NCBI GenBank assembly: GCA_973895155.1
Contig: OZ316895.1
Location: 5,335,181 to 5,399,180 of the forward strand
Reading direction: 5' to 3'
Source: Marsupella aquatica
Taxonomy: Eukaryota; Plantae; Marchantiophyta
Length of the DNA stretch: 64,000 nt
Under the pieces are notes generated by a model that had not been told where the DNA came from, did no database searches, and saw only the letters and a list, made by a program, of their open reading frames with translations. The position numbers were made by a program, and so were the translations under genes. Shown piece after piece: positions 55,001 through 64,000 of the stretch (within the stretch, counting starts at the first letter, position 1; every line of letters begins with the position of its first letter).

Positions 55001-55600
55001 GGGGGGGTCACTTCCACGGAAGTGACACATCATGTGCGACGAAGTATAGGGCCATTTAATTGAGTTCGGCGGAAGACTTCGGAAGTTTGGTGGAAGAACA
55101 ATAGGGCCCGTTTTAATTGTTGGGCCACTTTAAAGCACAATAGGCATTTTTTAATTGGGACATATTCCACGGAAGATGTCCATATAAGTTAGGGGTTTTA
55201 CTGCCATATGTATATGCGACACGCGTCATGTTTATATTGGACCATGTGTCTCCATGTAATTGGGACACGTGTTTTTACATGGCAAATATCCATTTTTTCT
55301 GCAACATCAATGTTTTAATATTTGCCCTATTGTAACCGCAAACTTCTGTCCAAAAACTATATTGTGAAGGACTTATGTTGGGTTTATTGGGACGGGGTCT
55401 AAAGTGGGTTACGGGAACCTAGGGGGACCCATGATGCCACTCGGGGTTTGCAAGGGCCATTGATATTTAGGGTTGAAGATCCAATGGTCAAAAATGGCCC
55501 GGGTGGCGGCTTTAGGGACGGGGATTGTGGGCCCAAGGGTGGATCGATGAAACAGGGAGCACGCGCGAACATTGAGTTTCAAACTCAATGTTCATTTTCT

Positions 55601-55818
55601 TTGTGACAAACGGGAGGTCTGCTGCCGCGACTTTGGAGGATCGTTCAACTGTGTGACAATCGGGAGGTCTATTGCCGTGACTTTGGAGGATCGTTCAAGT
55701 TTGTGACAATCAGGAGGTCTGCTGCCGTGACTTTGGAGGATCGTTCAAGTTTGTGACAATCGGGAGGTCTGCTGCCGTGACTTTGGAGGATCGTTCAAGT
55801 TTGTGACAATCGGGAGGG
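55601..55818. repeat. 50 bp tandem repeat, ~4.4 copies
   Basis: ttgtgacaatcgggaggtctgctgccgtgactttggaggatcgttcaagt at 55601, 55651, 55701, 55751 and (partial) 55801. Confidence 0.95.
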
Positions 55819-56021
55819 CTGCGCTGTGTGCCGCAACTTAGGAGAGGATCATTTGAATGTTGTGTGCTGCCGTGACATTGGAGAGGATCGAGGCTAGGTA
55901 GAGTCTGGAGGCCAGGAGACTATTGCTGACGCAAGTTCCAGGGAAAGTTTGGAGAGGAGGTAGATTGTCGAGGTCGACTGTTACTGTCATTCCGCTTTCA
56001 ATTGGTTGACATTGGTATCTG

Positions 56022-56077
56022 GTTGCCTCTATCGCTTGCATTGCCTCTATCGCTTGCATTGCCTCTATCGCTTGCAC
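56022..56077. repeat. 18 bp tandem repeat x3
   Basis: ttgcctctatcgcttgca x3. Confidence 0.9.
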
Positions 56078-57999
56078 TCACCATCGCCATGTACTGTGTG
56101 CTCACTGTCATTGCCATCTTGGAGGTGCGCGTGATTGTGGTCCAGTATTCTGCTTATTGTGATTGCCAACTGCTTCTTATGCGCCCAGACCATTTGACTG
56201 CTTCCTGTGCGCCATCACTTGGAGTTGGGTCCCAGACCATTGCAAGTTGTTGCATCATCGTCCCAAACCATTGTGACAGCTTGGGACATTACATCGAGCT
56301 TGGGAGGTCGCAGCGAGTTGGCCTCATTGTTGCCTTGGTCCTCTGTTCCCCTACTGACATGATTACTACTTGCGCGATCCTCCCTGTTGCGTTGGAGAGG
56401 CTGGAGGTCGAGAACTACTGCGGTTGCATTGGAGAGGAGGCCGGAGGTTGAGAGGAGCTGTTGCATTTGAGAGGTGTTGCAGACTTGCATTTTTTGTGCA
56501 GCACTTGCGGCTCATGTTTTAGTTTAGTTTGCTTTGAGCTTTTGCTTGATCCTTTCTTCTGATGTATTATTTTGCTGACATTTGAATAGGAGGAAGGCGG
56601 CGCTCTGAAGAAATAGTGGGAGGACGTCGCTGCCTGGCTAAACGTTTGGATCGAGCTCATTGTGGAGGTCACGATTGTCTGTACACATTGCGAAGGTCTG
56701 TACACATTGCTGTTTTGCTGCATTCATAATCATTGCTTCAATTTGTAATGTGCTTCAACATCGTCGCCTTAATGTTTGTTGGTGCCTCACATTCATTCCC
56801 GCATTCATTCTGTCCTGGTTGTGGAATAGGGTCTACTGTGGATCGCGAGGCCGGGAGGACTACTGGGTGTGCGAGTTCGGAGCTCCATCTATTTGTGGGA
56901 AATCGGAGGAGTATTGCTGTGCAGCGCTGCTGCAACATTGGAGCTCTAGTGGACTGTGCCAGAGGAGGCCGGGAGGACTGTTGGTGCGAGTTTGGAGGCT
57001 CCCCATTTTCTTTGTGAGAAATCGAAGGTCGATTGCTATGCGCTGCCACCATTTTGGATCTTTAGTTGATTGTGGAGGCTAGGAGGAGTATTGTTGCTGC
57101 GAGTTTGGAGCTCCAATTTCTTCATGAGAAATTGGAGGATTGTTGTTTGCTGCCGCAACCTGGATCTCTAGTTGACTGTGGAGGCCGAGAGGACTGCTGC
57201 TTCCGCGAGATTGATTCTCTTTGAGACAACTAGGAGGACTGCTATTGCCACGAGTTTGGAGGTCGTGAGGAGTGCTATTGTCGCTAGTTTGAAGGACTGT
57301 TCGGAGGCCGGAAGGACTGCGCAAGTTCAAGAGCTTGTCAAGACGTTCGCTACTGCTAGTCAACTTTGAGCAGTGAAGGTTAGTGGTTTGTTGCCTATCA
57401 TTTTCATGCCCTTTGGACATTGCTCATCGTCCTGTTGTTGATTGTAAGACTAAACAATGTCATAGTACAGGTCAACATTATTGTCTGCAAGGGCTACATT
57501 TTAAATCTGGGCTGGCATCCCCCACTCGCATCCGGAAGGACATTTGTCATCTTCATTTTCCCCACATTGTGTATTGCGTGCTATATTCTTGGTCACTAGT
57601 GCGGGCATCATCACGCAGCCCCAGACCCTCACTGCTATAGAAGACACTATCTGTGGACTGTGCTTCATCTCTGGTTTCTTACTCAATTGTTTCTCTTGCT
57701 CTTTTGTTTCCAATGTCCGTTTGTTTGCTACTCAATTTGTTGAATCTTTTGTCCACTATTTCTGGAAACGCTGTCAATAGTTGTGTAAATGCCATTTGCC
57801 ACAGTCAATGTCTTGATGGAGACAGAGTAGCCATTCAATATTTTGACTGTCTATGGAATGTGCAGATTCAGTCGATCTTGGGTGCTGAGGAAGGAGTTTG
57901 GGCTCTAATCCGACTACAGAAGTTGTTGGGAGGATCCAAGTAAGCTCCACACTGTTGCAGAGGACAACACGGCCTTATAGCTTTAGGGTTTATTGTCCC

Positions 58000-58461
58000 A
58001 TGGGTCGTAGAAATGAGTCTACACCAAAGCCCTGTTCAGTTTCGAAGCCAATTTTGAAGGGTGTGAATGCCTTCTTAGTTCCGCATGGATTTTCAAGAGC
58101 TCGTTTTGAAGTTTTGCGCAGAAAGCTAATTGAACGTCATGGTCAGCTTTGCCCTATTGCTTCCAGCAACACCACTCACATTGTTGCTGGTTCTTGGGGA
58201 GCACTCATGTCCAAGTGGACATGGTCTGATGTAAATTCCCTCATTCAAGAGCATGCATTGACAGTTGTCTCATTTGAATGGATGTGCGAATCCCTCAAAG
58301 TAGGAGTCCTAGTAGACGAAGGCCCTTTCAACTTAATGTTGACTGAGGTAGAGTCTGAGGCAGACTGTACCAAGAGAGAAGTAGAAAAGATTAAACAAGA
58401 TAAGGCAGCTGCAGTTTGGAGAAGTGTAAACTTGATCATGCCAAAACGTAGATGTGTGTAG
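58000..58461 (+). CDS. Stand-alone BRCT-domain protein (resembles the X-family DNA polymerase lambda BRCT)
   Basis: ILKGVNAFLVPHGFSRARFEVLRRKLIERHG...TTHIVA...VVSFEWMCESLKVGVLVDEGPF shows the BRCT hallmarks (THIV strand, W-x-x-x-S helix). Confidence 0.75.
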   Translation: MGRRNESTPKPCSVSKPILKGVNAFLVPHGFSRARFEVLRRKLIERHGQLCPIASSNTTHIVAGSWGALMSKWTWSDVNSLIQEHALTVVSFEWMCESLKVGVLVDEGPFNLMLTEVESEADCTKREVEKIKQDKAAAVWRSVNLIMPKRRCV

Positions 58462-58762
58462 CTTACTCTAAATGTAACCTCTGCTCTTGAAGCAATTTTA
58501 TAAAGTGTTGCTTGTCTGCTGCAATTCTTTGCATGTCTGCTGTTTGTGCTCTTCAAGCACTGTGTATAGGACTTTTGGTGTGTAGCTTTTTAAAACTTAG
58601 TTGCTTCTCTTTTTTTTGCAGGGACATTCTAGCGCAAGGCAGAAATTGGGGAAGTTTAGGGTCTGAGCAAAGGTCGGCCCCTGTACCTTGTTTGTTGTGA
58701 ACTTGTCATTTTGTTGGAGTGAGCACAATCTCAGTCTAGGTGCATTCCCAGGTGCATTGAAG

Positions 58763-59200
58763 ATGGTTGTCACACGCAGTGCTCTATCTGAGTACCATCA
58801 ACAGAAGGGTGTGCGATTTCGTGTGAAGATGATCCACTCTGGGATCGTGCCTACAGACTGTGCTGTAAGCTGGGGCTATCCATCTGTGTCTGGCAACCAT
58901 TACAACAGGCTGAGTACATCCCCACTAGTGCCAAATAGTATCCGTCTTGTTAAAGACGTAGATGGAGTGTTGGATGAGAGTTGTGTCTTATTGGAGGCTT
59001 GTCTCCATTGTCACACCCAAACATGTCATCGTTGTAGGGGAGGTGACTCAAACATAGTGCAGACTGAAGCACAGTACATGGCAAGAATGGCATGGGGCGG
59101 TTGCCTAGCGTGGAATACTTGTCATTTCATCAATGATTGTGTCTGTGGTGGGACACGTCCAGGTTCTGCCCATGATGGTGATGCACATTCAAGTTGCTGA
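58763..59200 (+). CDS. Hypothetical Cys/His-rich protein (145 aa)
   Basis: Open ORF with CLHCHTQTCHRC and CxxxxxCHxxxxCxC clusters, on the same strand as its neighbours. No family recognised. Confidence 0.45.
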   Translation: MVVTRSALSEYHQQKGVRFRVKMIHSGIVPTDCAVSWGYPSVSGNHYNRLSTSPLVPNSIRLVKDVDGVLDESCVLLEACLHCHTQTCHRCRGGDSNIVQTEAQYMARMAWGGCLAWNTCHFINDCVCGGTRPGSAHDGDAHSSC

Positions 59201-59369
59201 CTTATGATTCTACATTGCTCACATTGCAGGATGGATCAAAGGAGCCCACAAGGAAGTGATGCCCCTGGTGGAGGCTACTGGCTGTGATTGCTGGTGGACT
59301 GTTGCTCCTTCTGGTACATCACATGCCTGCCCCTAATTTTTGAAGGTCATTTTGCAGATCTTGTTCAGC

Positions 59370-60044
59370 ATGGCACACATTGCTCGTCAGCTGCTGGATC
59401 CAAGATTTGGGCATAGGGAGCACCTCCGTATGGATCCGCCTTGTTGTTTTCACTGTGAAGAGGGAGGAACTGTTTTGTTTTGTGATGGCCCTTGTGGTCG
59501 CCATTTTCATTATGTAGTTGATGGCCACAACCCTGATGAAGAAGATGGTCATGGACCTACATGTCAGCGGATTGTCATTTCCAGAGGTCATGATTGGGCT
59601 GCAGCTTGGCTTTGTGACCTCTGTCAGCAAAATAGAGGAAGATGTTTTGGTTGTGGACTCACCACAGATGAGCCCCTTGTGATACAGTGTTCTCATGATG
59701 ACTGCTACTCATTTTACCATGTGGGCTGTCTTCGGACACTTCTGCGATTGGGGGAAATGCCTTTCACCCGCCATCCAGATAACCCCAATGCACATCCCGA
59801 TGCTCTTATATGCCCACGACATTACTGTGAGGTCTGTAAGGAGTATCGGGAGGGCATTTGGGATTTTGTCCAATGTCGTAGATGCCCTCGTGCATGGTGT
59901 CGTGATGAAGGACCAACAGCAGACAGGCACTTGAGGAGAAGGGTGAGGGGCCGAGACACCTGGGACATTGGACAGTGGCGCATGATTTACTGTACTCGCC
60001 ATGTCATCCCTGAGGGTTCTGATATCCCTAGTACCCATGACTAG
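59370..60044 (+). CDS. Stand-alone EDM2/NSD-type tandem PHD-finger protein (224 aa)
   Basis: CFHCEEGGTVLFCDGPCGRHFH...C...WLCDLCQQNRGRCFGC...VIQCSHDDCYSFYHVGCL...ICPRHYCEVC...FVQCRRCPRAW...RMIYCTRHVI: Cys/His spacing is colinear with the EDM2 PHD region. Confidence 0.85.
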   Translation: MAHIARQLLDPRFGHREHLRMDPPCCFHCEEGGTVLFCDGPCGRHFHYVVDGHNPDEEDGHGPTCQRIVISRGHDWAAAWLCDLCQQNRGRCFGCGLTTDEPLVIQCSHDDCYSFYHVGCLRTLLRLGEMPFTRHPDNPNAHPDALICPRHYCEVCKEYREGIWDFVQCRRCPRAWCRDEGPTADRHLRRRVRGRDTWDIGQWRMIYCTRHVIPEGSDIPSTHD

Positions 60045-60126
60045 ACCAGCATGACTGCTATTGATTTCACCATCTTATAACTTGAACCTTTTTTGTACGG
60101 GACCCATAAGACAACCTAAATTATAT

Positions 60127-60268
60127 GAACTTAAGTATTTGGTTGAAGGCTATGGACTTAAGTATTTGGTTGCATGCTATCGACTTAAGTATTTCGATGA
60201 ATGAAATGGACTTAAGTATTTGCTTGAACGAAATGGAATTTTGATGAATTGAAATGGACTTAAGTAAG
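60127..60268. repeat. ~27 bp degenerate tandem repeat with core GACTTAAGTATTT, 5 copies
   Basis: acttaagta(ttt) at ~60129, 60156, 60183, 60210 and 60257. Confidence 0.85.
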
Positions 60269-60419
60269 TCTCATTGACTACAATAGATTGAGTGTTCAAA
60301 TGACATTGTGAATGGTTGACTTGAGTCCTGATCTTTTTCCATGTCTGTCCATCGTTGTATGACAGGTTCATCTACCTAATCCCTGTCCCTTACTTTCACA
60401 GCCTGTATAACTGTCCATC

Positions 60420-63400
60420 ATGGCACACCTAGGCATGAGCTCTGTCAGATTGGTAGAAAAGGGTGGGGAGGGAGGAAAGCCTGATACGTCAATCTGTGTC
60501 ATGTCCTTCAAAGAAGGGCAGACTCTGGCAGATTTCTGTCTGAAATGTGTAGGAGCAGTAGAGTTTGACTTTGATTTTTGGGATGAGAGGTTGCCTGGTC
60601 AAGTCCGGCGCTTTTCAGAGAAGACTGTTGGGGTGACTGAACTTCAAGGGACAATTTACGTGATTGCACAATTACCCTCAGTTGCCTTGCCTACTGAGAG
60701 GGTCACAATTGGTTCCTCTCATTCATCTGCTGCCACTGTGTCCAATTTGGCAGGCACAATTCCCTTGACTGAAGGACAAACAGAAGGGGTGCCAGTACAG
60801 GCTATTGTACTGCCTGTCACAGGCTCCTTTGAGTCTCACCTCATGTCTAAGGCTGCATCAAAGACCTGGAATGATGAGTGGTTGAAGCTGCGATCCTGGG
60901 TAAACCAGAAGGGCTTCGGTGAGCACAAGTGGAGAGTGCGGACGTGGGATGAGAGAGGGGAGTGTCGAGGTCATCTAGAATGCTTAGAGTGTAGGGAGAC
61001 TTATGGGAATGCAGCCAATTCACAGGTGCTCAAGTCCATCGCAAATTGCTTTAGCAATTTCAAGACAAAGCACCTGACCAACCCTAAACACAAGGAGAAC
61101 TGGTGTAAGCGAAGGGGTATACCTGGAGCTTTGGTGACGGCTGCTGACACTATACAGCAACCATTGTTTGATCATAGTATGCAAATAGGGGCTGGTGTGG
61201 AAATAGTGGGAAAGTTGAATGCAGAGGTAGGTGGGGTGGTAGAAGTGTTCTCTATCACACCATCTCCCACTGATCCAACATTTGCACATAGGTCATTCCT
61301 GTTTAAGGTCAGATGTACAGTCTGTGGCAAGCTACATACTGACATGTGCCCTAAGAAATCCAATTTGTAACACAATTTAAGGCAACACCTTGTCAGTCGG
61401 GATCATATGGATGCACTTGAGAACGTTGTCACCAGTACCCAGGCTGCACTGAGGGCAGGGAAGAAGGGGAGACCAAGGAAGCCTGATGCTCGTGATCTAT
61501 TTCCATCTCAAAATTCTATTCTGAATTTCTTTAGAGAGGACAGCTCTGCTGCAGGGAGCAGTTCAGGCAGAGGTGGGTTGTATTCCTCCATTGAGCCAAG
61601 TTTAAGTTTGCTTTGTTGGGGCCTGTGGGAGTCAGAGGTGAAGTGGACAGGGGATTCTATGACCGTGAAAGGCATACTTGATGATCAAGAGGGAGGAAAT
61701 GTGTGGGATTGTGACCGTACAACCTGTGCTGAGGTTTTCAATGTAACTAGTCAGTCAGTTGTTGGTATACAGGGTTGTTTTAGGCACAAGCAATGTCACA
61801 GGGTGTCCATTAATGGAGGTGGTTTTCAAAACCTCACTTGCACTCCATGTGATTCTATAAAACGTGAAGATGATTTTCGTGGCAGGGTGCACAGGGAAGC
61901 GGAAGCATTAGTGCAAAGAGGAGACAGGACTACACAGGGTGGGATGAGGTTGGCATACTTGACCAAAACCGAACTGAGGGAACATGTTGGTAACCTCACC
62001 ACTCGCTTTAGGAAACAGCGTTGGTTGTTGGCACAACAGGCTCAAAAAATTTGTGCCCTGAGTGTTAGGCGAAAGAAGCTAGAAGATTTATTAGGAGTAG
62101 CCCATGATAGGAAAGATTAAGACTGTTTCTGAGAAATATTGTGAATGGACATAGATGTGGTGCTTTTGGTGGCAAGGAAGGGTTGTGGGATTTCCTGATA
62201 GATGTAGCTAAGAACTTGCAGAGAGTTGCTAAGGGTTATCGATACAGTAAGAGAACCAAGGCCTTCTCCCAAGCCATGTTTCAGTTTGGAGGCAGACAAG
62301 TGGCTCATTGTTTCCAGGCTAACCTAGGTGGTCCAGGTCTAAAGACCTTGAAACGTGATAGAGCAAAACTCCCACCCTTTAGAGCTGGCATTCGAAAAGA
62401 GATATTCCAGGAGGTGTGCAGAGTACTGTGTGCATCAAAGTAGTCACTTGGAATTGCAGGAGATGTACCAGTAATGTTTGCTGAAGATGAAACAAGGATC
62501 AAAGAGAGACCCAGGTTTGTGTTTTTGTCTCTGTAGTAAATTAGCTTGTTTTTTTGAATGTGTTGGGTGAGTTTGCGTGTCATGAACTGATGTCTGTATT
62601 CTATTGTGTGTGACAGATGGGAAGCTAAATATGACACCCTCATTGGTTTCTGTGGCCCCTTAGAAGAGCACACATGTTCTTTTGGCTTGGAAGTACTGGT
62701 TGGAGCAGGTACTGAAGGGTATGACAAGATTGTAAGTACTTTTGAGCAATATGCCAAAGGCATGTATGCTAGAGTAATCATTGTCAATCCTCTACATGCA
62801 AAGATGCCTAAATTGGCATTGTGTGTTCTACCAACATGTAACAAGTTTCGAGCTCCCTGGGTAAGAGAGCATTGGGTGCAGCTGAAGTCCATGTGGGACA
62901 CACATTGCAGAGACAGTGTTGGTCCTTTGTTGGGCCATGCTAGTGATGGTGATGCTCGTCATAGGAAATTGATGATGGAAGATTATACTGCTGTGAATGG
63001 TTCCTTTCCTAGGTACAGTGTAGGATGGGTTGGGTGGCAATACTCAGTGTCCATACTTCCGAATGGAGATCTATATGGTTTTGGAGACCAAGACCCACCT
63101 CACAATGGCAAGAAGGCAATTAACCCATTGGACCGAGTGTCTGCTATGTTAGTTCTTGGTGATCAGCATGCATCTTTGTCATATGTCACATCTGTTTATA
63201 ACCATTATGCAATTCACGAGCATGGTTTGCATTGGGATGATGTGAATAGGACAGATAGACAAAACTGGGCTGGCCCACAACGAATAGCTTCCAGGAGAGT
63301 GCAGGCCTGCCTGCAGCATATGTATGAGCGACGAGATGTTCGTCATGACAGAAGCTTTGGGACCATGATATACTTGGAGGTTTGTGCAGACTACATAGAT

Positions 63401-64000
63401 ATTTTCTTCTCTGTTAAGCATGACCTAAGAACCCGTGTTGTCTTGGCATCAAAGGTATCTTGGTTCTTCCGATTGTGGAGGCTATGGTTGAGGTATGGTG
63501 ATCATTCTGTGACAGGGAATGCTGGATTTATCACAGAGAAGAACATGATTTCTGTGCAGGCTTTCCATGATATCAACATGTCTTGTCATTTTGTAGTATT
63601 GTTAGTCTGTGCCTTTCGGGACAAGTTCCCATATCTGCAAGTACCATTTCACTTGCTGGGATCAGATTGTTGTGAGATATTTTTCAGCAAGGTAGGTGGC
63701 ATGAGTGGCCATGAGAGAAATTATGACTTTGGATCTCTACTGGACAGTGTAGTGGGACTGAATCGACTAGCTGGATTAGAGTATGGACCAGAGGGATTGA
63801 AGATACGTCGATCACATGATAAACAGGATCATGTTTGGGCAACTTTACATCCTCTGGATGAAGGAGAACAAGCTCCAAATTTATTTGATTACTCTGCAGT
63901 TCTGACTAATGAGCTGGTTGTTGATGCTCTAAAGGAAGGTTTGCAGGAAGCAAAGGATTTGTTGTACAAGCTGAACATGTCACCAAGAAGTTCTTTGCCA
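60420..64000 (+). pseudogene. P-element/THAP9-like DDE transposase with N-terminal zinc fingers; 3 lesions; runs off the window
   Basis: Manual translation: two C2H2-like fingers (CLEC...KHLTNPKH; CTVC...QHLVSRDH), KKGRPRK, then AEDET, [intron 62515-62616], HASDGD, DQDPPHNGKK, DRQNW, GSDCCEIFFS. Stops at 61368 and 62441, frameshift at ~62118. The frame is open from 62617 to the window end. Confidence 0.75.

Larger units (their letters stand above)
55001..64000 (+). mobile_element. Large DNA transposon with a P-element-like transposase and cargo ORFs (right end beyond the window)
   Basis: CACTA coding sequence breaks at a G7 run plus palindrome. It is followed by subterminal-like repeats, three short ORFs and a DDE transposase-like gene. 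Confidence 0.7.

Noticed and set aside
55838-57940. Minus-strand ORF fragments in the element's left arm
   Set aside because: S/P/Q-rich translations of degenerate repeats with many stops and no motif. A decayed gene cannot be excluded but is unsupported.
58000-60044. Argument that intact cargo ORFs beside a broken transposase prove selection on the cargo
   Set aside because: Three lesions in ~3.5 kb of transposase predict only about one in ~1.6 kb of cargo, so seeing none is not significant. Multi-copy dN/dS is needed.
60127-60268. Mini-CRISPR interpretation of the ACTTAAGTATTT repeats
   Set aside because: The core is only ~13 bp and the intervening bases are related to one another, so this is a minisatellite.

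Overview
Eukaryotic nuclear DNA from a land plant with flagellated sperm, most likely a bryophyte (inferred from GT-AG introns, a plastid-targeted PDH and a ciliary gene). The left ~35 kb is gene space: an ataxin-2/CID3-4-like gene running off the left edge, plastid PDH E1 alpha, MED32 followed closely by rhomboid RBL13, an LRAT/NC-domain gene and a multi-exon CFAP210-like gene, with MITEs and a Helitron-like end between them. The right ~26 kb is a four-level nest of transposons: a MULE is interrupted by a probable LTR retroelement end, that by a CACTA carrying a 9 x 408 bp tandem array, and that by an element starting at ~55001. The innermost element is the most interesting object. It encodes a P-element/THAP9-like DDE transposase, preceded by three short intact same-strand ORFs: a Pol lambda-like BRCT domain, a Cys-rich unknown, and a stand-alone EDM2-type PHD-finger module. 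This looks like a candidate DNA transposon carrying chromatin-reader and DNA-repair cargo. All homology calls are from recalled family motifs, not from database searches.
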